Of a stretch of 64,000 bases of DNA, positions 37,901 to 51,829 are shown in pieces. Origin of the DNA: Ranitomeya imitator. Its lineage: Eukaryota. The stretch spans positions 23,560,001 through 23,624,000 of the forward strand of contig NC_091283.1 of the NCBI RefSeq assembly GCF_032444005.1, read 5' to 3'. Position 1 is the stretch's first letter. Each line of letters starts with the position of its first letter. The notes under the pieces are model-generated. The model searched no databases, had not been told where the DNA came from, and saw nothing but the letters and a program-made list of their open reading frames with translations. The position numbers and the translations under genes are program-made.

Positions 37901-40283
37901 GCTGCAGACAGGATCTTATGTATCTGTATACAGGGAGCTCCCCCTAGTGGTGGCTGCAGACAGGATCTTATCATGTATCTCTGTATACAGGGAGCTCCCC
38001 CTAGTGGTGGCTGCAGCCAGAATCTTATTTCTCTTTGTATACAGGGAGCTCCCCCTAGTGGTGGCTGCAGACAGGATCTTATCATGTATCTCTGTATACA
38101 GGGAGCTCCCCCTAGTGGTGGCTGCAGACAGAATCTTATTTCTCTTTGTATACAGGGAGCTCCCCCTAGTGGTGACTGCGGACAGATATTATGTATCTCT
38201 ATATACAAGAGTTCTTCTATCTTCACAGAAAAAAAAGAGGTAGATCACTTGTAAAACCAATAGGCTACATCTTGGGGAAATATTGAGAATATGGGCCAAT
38301 ACAGAAGATCAGAAAAGGAGGGACCAGTGGGACCCTCATTAAAATATTCTTCCACACTTTGCAGCCTATATGAGCACTACGCTGCTTAATGTAGAGGTTC
38401 AGCCTTCACACTGGTCTTTCGGGTGGCACGCACTGCTGCGGTATATACCTACATAAGACTTTCTGGTCAGGATGGAGTTGATGTTTGGTAGTATTGATGA
38501 TTTCTTGTGCCAGGCTGCCCCACCATCCTCAGCAAGTCTCAATGGGGAGGCAAGTCTCCCACCTGCAGGACAGCCATGACCACGCCGGTCACATATGTGG
38601 TCGTGCACCATACGGAGGGCACCGCGTGTTCCAGCCAGTCCGCCTGCATCACCCAAGCCAAGAACATCCAGAACTATCACATGAGCAGCAACGGCTGGTG
38701 CGACATCGGATACAAGTAAGAAGCTTGGGGGGGATTCTGGGGGGCCGTATATCAATTGGTGACATTCGAGGATAGACATGTACGGCACGGGTCTGTCTCA
38801 TCCGCTCTTTCATCAGATACAGAACTAATTCTACCTCTCTCTGGTATCAGCCAGCCCTGTGATCCTCCTTGTTTTTCACCGCAGTTTCCTTGTGGGTGAA
38901 GATGGTCAGGCGTACGAGGGCCGTGGATGGACGTCAGTCGGAGCTCATGCTCCAAATTACAACTCCAACTCCATTGGCATCAGCGTCTTCGGCTCCTTCA
39001 CCAGTAAGTCCGGCAGCTTCTTAGTGAGCCCAGTAGGATGATGGGTGTTGTAGTATCTTTCCTCAGTCCAGTCGCGGTCGTCCTGCAATCTAGACCATGG
39101 AGACCATGAATCCCCGGGGAGATCAATAATGTAAGGACATGGCAGATGCGGAGTATCCAGGCTGTGAGCGCAGGAATATGCGTCAATAACTGCCGCGCGC
39201 CCTTGAGAGGTTTGACGAATCCGAGACACGGAAAGAATAAAAACCCAACAGTTAGTAGCAAGTCTGTTGTGAATTCTGTGGCTGAATTCACTTCTGTGGT
39301 CACAAGTGGTATTGCAGTCTCTGGGCTTCCTCCCTCAGGTGTTTTGGTGAGCTCGTTGGCTGCCTTGCTATTTAGCTCCACCTGAGTCTGTCTTCCTTGC
39401 TCCTTGTCAATGTTCCAGTGTTGGATCTGAGCTACTGCATCTTTCCTTGGGCCTGCTGCTGCTAGATAAGTGCTTCTAGTTTGTTTTCTGTTTTTTCTGT
39501 CCAGCTTGCTATTAACTTTTGCTGGAAGCTCTGAGAAGCAGAGGAGTGCACCGCCGTGCTGTTAGTTCGGCACGGTGGGTCTTTTTGCCCCTTTGCGTGG
39601 TTTTCGTTTTAGGGTTTTTTGTAGACTGCATAGTTCTCTTTGCTATCCTCGCTCTGTCTAGAATATCGGGCCTCACTTTGCTGAATCTATTTCATTCCTA
39701 CGTTTGTCTTTTCATCTTGCTAACAGTCATTATATGTGGGGGGCTGCCTATTCCTTTGGGGTATTTCTCTGAGGTAAGTCAGGCTTGTATTTCTATCTTC
39801 AGGCTAGTCAGCTCCTCAGGCAGTGTCGAGTTGCATAGGTAGTGATAGGCGCAATCCACTGCTGCTTATAGTTGTGTGAGGATAGATCAGGTACTGCAGT
39901 CTACAGAGATTCCACGTCTCAGAGCTCGTCCTATTGTTTTTGGTTATTGCCAGATCTCTGTATGTGCGCTGATTACTGCACGCTGTGTTGCCTGATTGCC
40001 AGCCATAACACGAGTCCCCCTGTGCCCGCTGCGCTCCAAACCTCCAGAGATGGGGCCGATCTGTAGATACAGTACAATCTGTCTCATAGATATTCTCATT
40101 TCAGGCAAGAACCCAAACTCCGCGGCCCTGAACGCCGTCCAGAGTCTCATCAGCTGCGGCGTCTCCAAAGGCTACATCAAGTCTGCCTACATCCTGAAGG
40201 GACATCGCAACGTCACCGCCACCGACTGCCCCGGGAACACCTTCTACAACACCGTAAAGACCTGGCCCCGCTTCCAGGCCTGA
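28958..40283 (+). CDS. pglyrp1: Short peptidoglycan recognition protein, copy B (181 aa). Coding exons 28958-29003, 38514-38715, 38885-39003, 40105-40283
   Basis: GT-AG introns with compatible phases. Protein MLRLVVLVALCAVTHG-CPTILSKSQWGG...VHHTEG...[24 protein letters not shown]...GHRNVTATDCPG...WPRFQA*. AATAAA at 40327. Confidence 0.95.
30411..33444 (+). mobile_element. CR1-type LINE with an open ORF2 (30459..33341, 960 aa; endonuclease plus RT); ORF1 absent
   Basis: APE motifs ANARSL, ETW, YKPP, GDFN, SDH; RT motifs YRPVSLTS, DFSKAFD, PQGSVLGP, FADD; (TTACTATG)n tail. The ORF opens at an alternative start codon; the first in-frame ATG is in LNCMLANARS. Confidence 0.97.
34081..34236 (+). 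mobile_element. Short LINE/SINE 3' end (L2-like tail), copy 1
   Basis: Ends tgtacagcaccatggaatcaatggtgctatataaataaataataat; identical to 36541-36696. Confidence 0.7.
36541..36696 (+). mobile_element. Short LINE/SINE 3' end (L2-like tail), copy 2
   Basis: Identical to 34081-34236 together with its flanking satellite variants. Confidence 0.7.
39265..40010 (+). mobile_element. Solo LTR related to the Gypsy LTR at 58720-59533, in the last intron of pglyrp1 copy B
   Basis: TGTTGTGAATTCTGTGG...CCATAACA termini; TATTTA box at 39369; flanks caagtc and cgagtc. Confidence 0.88.
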
Positions 40284-41078
40284 GGCCGAGGGGTTAATGT
40301 GTCAGGAGGCTCCTGTGTGCACCCGAAATAAATGGAGCAACGACTTATAGCAGACAAATGTGTCAGTGGATTAATGTGCAGCAGGTGGAGGAGACACTAA
40401 AAGCTCCTAGGACCCCATTATCACGTGTCATTTATAGCAGTGTAGCCCCAATAACCATCAGAGATCCTGGAGTCCCAGAGGCATCAGAACCCCCAAATAT
40501 TCACAGCCTGGAGGTACACAAGGTAGAAGAGCCAGTACAGGATCTAGGGTGTGATGTTATCACCGAGCACAACTATACTGCTCCCGTGTTACCTGCTGTA
40601 TTATACTCCAGAGCTGCACTCACTATTCTGCTGGTGCAGTCACTGTATACATACATTACATTACTGATCCTGAGTTACATCCTGTATTATACCCCAGAGC
40701 TGCACTCACTATTCTGCTGGTGCAGTCACTGTGTACATACATTACATTACTGATCCTGAGTTACATCCTGTATTATACCCCAGAGCTGCACTCACTATTC
40801 TGCTGGTGCAGTCACTGTGCACATACATTACTGATCCTGAGTTACATCCTGTATTATACTCCAGAGCTGCACTCACTATTCTGCTGGTGCAGTCACTGTG
40901 TACATACATTACATTACTGATCCTGAGTTACATCCTGTATTATACCCCAGAGCTGCACTCACTATTCTGCTGGTGCAGTCACTGTGTACATACATTACAT
41001 TACTGATCTTGAGTTACATCCTGTATTATACCCCAGAGCTGCACTCACTATTCTGCTGGTGCAGTCACGGTGTACATA

Positions 41079-43047
41079 CAGTACAGACCAAAAGTTTGGA
41101 CACACCTCATTTAAAGATTTTTCTGTATTTTCATGACTATGAAAATTGCACATTCACACTAAAGGCATCAAAACTATGAATTAACACATGTGGAATTATA
41201 TACTTAACAAAAAAGTGTGAAACAACTGAAAACATGTCTTATATTCTAGGTTCTTCAAAGTAGCCACCTTTTGCTTTGATGACTGCTTTGCACACTCTTG
41301 GCATTCTCTTTATGAGCTTCAAGAGGTAGTCACCGGGAATGGTCTTCCAACAATCTTGAAGGAGTTCCCAGAGATGCTTAGCACTTGTTGGCCCTTTTGC
41401 CTTCACTCTGCGGTCCAGCTCACCCCAAACCATCTCTATTGGGTTCAGGTCTGGTGACTGTGGGGGCCAGGTCATCTGGCGTAGCCCCCCATCACTCTCC
41501 TTCTTGGTCAAACAGCCCTTACACAGCCTGGAGGTGTGTTTGGGGTCATTGTCCTGTTGAAAAATAAATGATGGTCCAACTAAACGCAAACCGGATGGAA
41601 TAGCATGCCGATGCAAGATGCTGTGGTAACCATTCTGGTTCAGTATGCCTTCAATTTTGAATAAATCCCCAACAATATCACCAGCAAAGCCCCCCCACAC
41701 CATCACACCTCCTCCTCCATGCTTCACGGTGGGAACCAGGCATGTAGAGTCCATCCGTTCACCTTTTCTGCGTCGCACAAAGACACGGTGGTTGGAACCA
41801 AAGATCTCAAATTTGGACTTATCAGACCAAAGCACAGATTTCCACTGGTCTAATGTCCATTCCTTGTGTTCTTTAGACCAAACAAGTCTCTTCTGCTTGT
41901 TGCCCGTCCTTAGCAGTGGTTTCCTAGCAACTATTTTACCATGAAGGCCTGCTGCACAAAGTCTCCTCTTTAACAGTTGCTGTAGAGATGTGACCCATTG
42001 AAGCGTATACCACGCGAAACGGCCGTAGTCCATTAACCTAACCAGTTCGCCATGCAACTATCCTGCCCTCTGTAACCATGTCCACAGCACGTTGTTGAAA
42101 TAAAGGACAAGGGTTTTTTAATTGGAAGACTTGTGTGGTGCTGCTATTTTCTTCCTGTCTGGATTTCCACTCATGTTTTTTCAAGCAAGCACGCCTTACT
42201 CCAGTGGATTAACATTTGGTGGGGCTGTCGACTCAGCTCATCCTACTGGACTCTGCTAAGACTGCTCAAACAGTGAGTACTCACTTGTTTCTTAGTGCTA
42301 TTCAGCTTTTTTCGTGTTTTTTATATAGAGATTTGTCTGCTGCTAAAACTCTGTGTGGCATTGACCTGGTCTCTAATCTCAGCTGCTGTTAACCTGCGAT
42401 TTCTGAGGCTGGTGACTCGGACAAACTTCTCCTCAGAAGCAGAGGTGACTCTTGGTCTTCCTTTCCTGGGGCGGTCCTCATGTGAGCCAGTTTCTTTGTA
42501 GCGCTTGATGGTTTTTGCAACTGCACTTGGGGACACTTTCAAAGTTTTCCCAATTTTTCGGACTGACCGACCTTCATTTCTTAAAGTAATGATGGCCACT
42601 CGTTTTTCTTTACTTAGAATTTGTATTATGGCAAGAAAAAAGAAGCTAACAGTCTATTCAGTAGGACTATCAGCTGTGTATCCACCAGACTTCTGCACAA
42701 CACAACTGATGGTCCCAACCCCATTTATAAGGCAAGAAATCCCACTTATTAAACCTGACAGGGCACACCTGTGAAGTGAAAACCATTCCCGGTGACTACC
42801 TCTTTAAGTTCATCAAGAGAATGCCAAGAGTGTGCAAAGCGGTCATCAAAGCAAAAGGTGGCTACTGTGAAGAACCTAGAATAGAAGACAATTTCAGTTG
42901 TTTCACACTTTTTTGTTAAGTATATAATTCCACATGTGTTAATTCATAGTTTTGATGACTTCAGTGTGAATGTACAATTTTCATAGTCATGAAAATACAG
43001 AAAAATCTTTAAATGAGAAGGTGTGTCCAAACTTTTGGTCTGTACTG
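41079..43047 (-). mobile_element. Full-length Tc1/mariner with both TIRs and TA target duplication; transposase interrupted
   Basis: TA-CAGTACAGACCAAAAGTTTGGACACACC ... GGTGTGTCCAAACTTTTGGTCTGTACTG-TA; ORFs 42321..42599 and 41239..42057 with QQDNDPKH and SPDLNPIE motifs. Confidence 0.96.
41993..42325 (+). mobile_element. Insert of about 330 bp, probably a Penelope-like element terminal fragment
   Basis: Flanked by tagagatgtg and tagagatttg; starts with a hammerhead-shaped motif and ends T-rich. The family assignment is inference. Confidence 0.55.
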
Positions 43048-43644
43048 TACATTACATATCCTGAGTTACATCCTGCATTATACTCCAGAGCTGTCCTCAC
43101 TATTCTGCTGGTGCAGTCACTGTGTACATACATTACATTACTGATCCTGAGTGACATCATGTATTATACTCCAGAGCTGCACTCACTATTCTGCTGTTGC
43201 AGTCACTGTGTACATACATTACATTACTGATCCGGAGTTACATTCTGCATTATACCCAGAGCTGTCCTCACTATTCTGCTGGTGCAGTCACTGTGTACAT
43301 ACATTACATTACTGATCCTGAGTGACATCATGTATTATACTCCAGAGCTGCACTCACTATTCTGCTGTTGCAGTCACTGTGTACATACATTACATTACTG
43401 ATCCGGAGTTACATTCTGCATTATACCCAGAGCTGCACTCACTATTCTGCTGGTGGACTAGTTATAATGACATCCTGTATATTATACCAGCGTTATCTCC
43501 TGACAATATTACACCTGATTTCGGTCTTGTTGTGATCGGCGGCCGCAGACATCACCCTCTTGCAGGGTGCAGGCAGGTGCCGATGGGTTGACCACTCTCA
43601 GAGTGATGGTGGAGCAGAGAGGAGTCAGTAATTTCTCAGTAAAT

Positions 43645-43660
43645 ACACCAGGGGGCGCTG
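43645..43660 (+). promoter_or_regulatory. Candidate CTCF site
   Basis: ACACCAGGGGGCGCTG, near-consensus CCACCAGGGGGCGC, between the convergent pglyrp1-B and qpctl 3' ends. Confidence 0.55.
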
Positions 43661-43986
43661 TATGTTGTCCACATTTTTCACCTTTCCATACATTACATTT
43701 TCCCCTCTTACAAAGTCCTGTGATCTCCGTGTAACATGAAGCATATAACACCCGGCTCCAGCGCCCGCAGGCAGGGCGTCACTTTGTAACTGGAGTCATT
43801 TCTCTCAGTTTATGGCTGACGCTCAGCGGACACAGCAGTGATAATGCGGCACCAAGCATCAACAGACTACAACTCCCAGAATGCAACGTGTGTGTAACCT
43901 ACGAACCAGCAGGGCATACTGGGAGCTTCCAGCTCTGAAGTGTGATGGTGGCAAGTTCATCAGAAATGCAGCTATTCCCCAACCAG

Positions 43987-48082
<4,096 letters not shown>

Positions 48083-48099
48083 CGATGAAGAGCATGACT

Positions 48100-48500
48100 G
48101 GTGAGACAGCAACCAATGAGAGCGAAGAGGCTCCAAGCACAGCCAATCAACAGCGGGGGGAGGAGCCAGCTGGAAAGAGTCGCGGACACCTGGCCACATC
48201 CCGCCAAGCAGCGTACGAGGGTGGGGCCTGGCAGTACGAGTGTGGGGGCGGGGATAATTATTACTGTGGCAGGGTCCAATCAGAAGTGAGGGGCGGGGTC
48301 TGCACTGACAGCTCATCGTAAACCTCATGCGCCCTCATTGGTCGTCAGGCCGCTTGTTGTCGCTAGGTAACAGCAGTCGCCATATCTGCCGAGGGGTCTC
48401 CGTTACCGGACGAGGGGACAGTTCTCGTCACCGGATTATTATACAGTATAACGCAGGCTGTGACAGCGGGGGAGGGGTTGACGATGACCACGCCCTGTAA
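48100..48500. promoter_or_regulatory. CpG-rich qpctl promoter with several CCAAT boxes, GC boxes and an RFX-like X-box
   Basis: CCAAT at about 48112, 48144 and 48277, ATTGG at about 48337, GGGGCGGGG at about 48290, GTCGCTAGGTAAC at 48359-48371. Confidence 0.6.
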
Positions 48501-48663
48501 CGAGGCGGGGCTAAGCTCTATAGAAAGACACAATTACTGCTGAGCTCATACTGGAGCCTCTGAGGGAGAGCAGCAGCAGGGTGCAGCATGGCGGACACCA
48601 CGAGACCAGGTGCATCCTGGGATTTCTGCCTAAAGTCCCGCTCCTTTTCCTATGGACGTCTTT

Positions 48664-48972
48664 AGGCTGTGTGCACACGTTGCGGATTTGACTGTGGAAT
48701 TTTCTGTGCAGATTCTGCATTTCTTGGCAGAAAACGCAGGTCAGAATCTGTGCACATGATGCAGATTTTTACCCCAGCAGATTTCTATTATGGAATGGGT
48801 GCAGAAAGGCAGCAGATCCGCAAAAAAAATTGACATGCTCCTTTTTTTTAATCTGCTGCATTTTCCATGCAGATTTTTCCACATCATCAGCACAGCATTT
48901 TTTTTTTTTTTGCCATTTACATTGTACTGTAAATCACTTGCAGATCTGCAGGAAATCTGCAACATGTGCACA
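48664..48972. mobile_element. MITE (GGCTGTGTGCACACG TIR family)
   Basis: Terminal inverted repeats ggctgtgtgcacacgttgc and gcaacatgtgcacatagac, flanked by TTA and TAA. Confidence 0.75.
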
Positions 48973-49574
48973 TAGACTAAATTGTAATATATATACTTTT
49001 TGATATGTATTTCTGTAATAATAAAGTTGTCTTTTTTATTACTATGATTCTTGGGATTTGTATACTCCGTTTCTTCGCTGTAGTCTATGGTTGTTGGAGT
49101 TGTCATGGCAACCCAGTGAGCCTGGGTACTAACTTTGGGAGAGCCCCACTTTCTTGCTCTCGGCTATATACTAAGCTTGTGCTTCATGATTTTTTGTTTA
49201 AACGTGTGCACATAGCCTTACCATCAAAATCACCAGATCCGTAGAATCCATTAAACTGGACGCTGTTGTTCGGGGTCCGCAATGTTCAGATCAGAGCCAC
49301 CATTATGGCAGCAAGAGGAATGGGGGAACCGCACACTGTGACGAACCCTCCGCTGTTCGAGCAGGACCGGTCAGGTGAGGATGCAAGCAAAAATCTATAG
49401 TGGAGTCTTATGCAGGGACCTCTGCCCCTGCGGATCCAGACATGGCGGCGCTGCAGATCCGCTCTGAATCAAGTCCTGATTTGTGGATACATTATAGCAA
49501 GCGCCGGACCCATATTAGGAGGCTGTTACAATGTATCGGGACAATGCTCAGTAGTGACGCCACCTGCGACAATG

Positions 49575-49810
49575 GACGACCCCCCCTCCCCACAATGTAT
49601 GACCCCCCCATCAAAACAATGTACCACCCCCCCATCCCAACAATGTATGATCCCCCCTACAATGTACAACCCCCCTCCCCACAATGGACGACCCCCCCCC
49701 CATGTACAACCCCCTTCCTACAATGGACAACCCCCTCCCCACAATATATCACCCCCATCAAAACAATGTATGACCCCCCCTACAATGTACACCCTACCCC
49801 CCACCACCCC
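49575..49810. repeat. Short C-rich degenerate tandem repeat (acaatgtatgaccccccc)
   Basis: About 8-10 imperfect copies. Confidence 0.75.
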
Positions 49811-50449
49811 CCATGAGCAGGATTATAACATTCACTGCCAAGAAGCAGAGGTCTTGGAACTGGCAGAAGGTTGCAGACTGTCTTCTACAGTAGAGCGTTC
49901 CTGATATCAGGCCGGCCCTATATAGCCATTGTCACCCACCAGTGTCGGACATGTGGCCGATCCCTATCCCCCCCCCCTTGGAGCAGGCGGGGGCCGCAGT
50001 CTTATGATACTCGGGCCCCTGGCACAGATCGGCCTCATGATGAGGTCACCGCACCCCACAACTTCAGCCAGAGGCGATAGTGCAGCCTTGTGCAGGTACT
50101 GAGCCGTCTGTGCTGGCGCTGACCCTGTGGATACGGGCGCCCACCGCACCAGTGCAGACCCCCAGCCAATAATTAGGCGATAATCATCCACATTTTTTAC
50201 CGTTCATGATTTATTGTGGGAAGTTTGGAGGACACCCAGTGTGGTCCTCACCTTGGCTCAGGTGGGTGTTGTAGTCACAGCTCCTGGTCGGCCCCCGATG
50301 TACGGGGGGGGGGGGGGGGGGAGACTTGCTCCATTCCTCTCCTGGATCACTGTGCAGAATGTCGGGGGTCTCCACAGTACGACGCAGCAGCAGCACCACA
50401 GCACTTCATAAATAATCCCTTTTATTCACTCAGTCAGGTCCCCCGGACT

Positions 50450-51790
50450 TCACCTCCCCTCGTCCCCCTCCCCACGTCCCCGCCCTTTCACCCGAGTCCC
50501 TTCTCCCGGAAGCACCCAGTTATTGTCATGAAGGCCCAGCTGGCAGCCGGGGGCCGCACGGTCGGGCTGGCGGCAGCACATCCAGTAGGAGCGTCCGTAG
50601 GGCAGGTCGTGGTGGTAAGGCTTGGGGTGCCAGCGGCACATGGACACATCGCCACGTTTGTAAATCCGTTTGCACTGTTTGCAGGGGTCTTCCCGATAGA
50701 GGGGGTGCTGGCTCCAGCGAGAGTCACACGGCCGCATCCCATAGTCCTCAATCAGCGCCCGGAAGCGCCGACACGTGCACTTTATGGCAGCCATTGACTG
50801 CGTGGACAAGTAGCTGAAGATCACCAGGAGCACGTGGTCCGGTAACGACGGGAGGTAAAGCCGCGGCTGGAGAAGGCGCTGAACCTGGAACCGGATCTCC
50901 AGGAAGTTATGGGAGACATGGCGGTAGAGGCGGCAGAGAGGAGGGACAGGCGGCGGAGGAGGCGGCGGGGGCGGAGGAGCAGCGGAGAGGTGCGGGAAGA
51001 AGAGCTGTCCAGGGAGCGGTTCTGTCTCATCAGCCTCCCCCCCATAAAAGACACAACGGTCAACGGCTCCGGTCAGCACCAGGTCTACGTGGAAGCCGGA
51101 CTCCGCCACAGGCGCCGCCTGCGCCTCCTCCGCGCTCTCCGCCTGCTGCGACTCCATCTTTTCCAGCAGGACACAGACGCGGTGCGGCTCCGGACTCAGC
51201 AGCTGGTACAGGTCACACGTGATGGGGTCTCCAGGCCTCTCGGCCACGCGGAAGGCAATGCGGACTTCTCGCTCTGCCTGCTCGGCCTCGTACTGGGCCA
51301 CAGCCTCGGCCACACTGCGGCAGTGACCCTCCGCGCCATCTTCAGAGGACGTCACCAGGACCAGCGGGGGTCTGGCTGGGGCTGCTTCGGCCCCTCGGCC
51401 CTCCGCACGAGCCACCATCTCCGCTACCGAGGGAGGAGCTTCTAGATCTACAGCATGGCGACGTCTCTTTGCCCTGGAGCTGCCCCCTGCGCTCCACCGA
51501 CCTTTGACTTTAGCCCCTCCGAGCCGGGGGGACGAGCAGCTCCCCGCGCACTGATAAGCCACAAAGAAGGCCACTTTCTCCTTGGTGTTTCCGGGCTTGA
51601 TAACATACCACGTATCCAAGAGGACACGGTCATCGCCGCTCCGCGGGCACTCAGCGCTCTCCGGGGGAGGGGCCCTCTCCTCCGCGGCCCCCGCACTGTC
51701 ACCGCTCTCTGCTGAGGCGCAGCTCATAGGAAAAGCACCAAACGGACCTGGACTCCACAGGTGAAGAGGAGACGGCAGCCGGGAATCCAT
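50450..51790 (-). CDS. fbxo46: F-box protein 46, single coding exon, 446 aa from MDSRLPSPLHLWSPGPFG
   Basis: LLDTWYVIKPGNTKEKVAFFVA, LYRHVSHNFLEIRF, F-box LPDHVLLVIFSYL and C-terminal CRWHPKPYHHDLPYGRSYWMCC...GLHDNNWV; acceptor TTGCAG| at 51801; AATAAA on minus at 50421-50426. Confidence 0.93.
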   Translation of the reverse strand: MDSRLPSPLHLWSPGPFGAFPMSCASAESGDSAGAAEERAPPPESAECPRSGDDRVLLDTWYVIKPGNTKEKVAFFVAYQCAGSCSSPRLGGAKVKGRWSAGGSSRAKRRRHAVDLEAPPSVAEMVARAEGRGAEAAPARPPLVLVTSSEDGAEGHCRSVAEAVAQYEAEQAEREVRIAFRVAERPGDPITCDLYQLLSPEPHRVCVLLEKMESQQAESAEEAQAAPVAESGFHVDLVLTGAVDRCVFYGGEADETEPLPGQLFFPHLSAAPPPPPPPPPPVPPLCRLYRHVSHNFLEIRFQVQRLLQPRLYLPSLPDHVLLVIFSYLSTQSMAAIKCTCRRFRALIEDYGMRPCDSRWSQHPLYREDPCKQCKRIYKRGDVSMCRWHPKPYHHDLPYGRSYWMCCRQPDRAAPGCQLGLHDNNWVLPGEGTRVKGRGRGEGDEGR

Positions 51791-51829
51791 GACGTCAGAT
51801 CTGCAACAGAACACGGATGAGGAGTTAGG

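Larger units (their letters stand above)
29225..38200. repeat. Minisatellite, 57 bp unit (cagggagctccccctagtggtggctgcagacaggatcttatcatgtatctctgtata), interrupted by a CR1 and two short LINE ends
   Basis: About 100 copies by length estimate; 19-codon periodicity in the ORF track. Confidence 0.97.
40590..43460. repeat. Minisatellite, 86 bp unit, split by a Tc1 insertion
   Basis: cactattctgctgg recurs at 40621, 40707 and 40793, and the array resumes after 43049. Confidence 0.92.

Noticed and set aside
29225-38200. CRISPR-like appearance of the regular 57 bp array
   Set aside because: Units are contiguous with no unique spacers, there are no cas genes, and the context is eukaryotic.
29170-38254. 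Many long ORFs with RELPLVVAADRILSCISVY or QGAPPSGGCRQDLIMYLCI repeats
   Set aside because: By-products of a 57 bp (19-codon) unit; open in several frames on both strands.
39205-39245. TTGACGA...hairpin...GAAA hammerhead-like string
   Set aside because: Stem II cannot close in register with GAAA, and no stem III or cleavage triplet follows.
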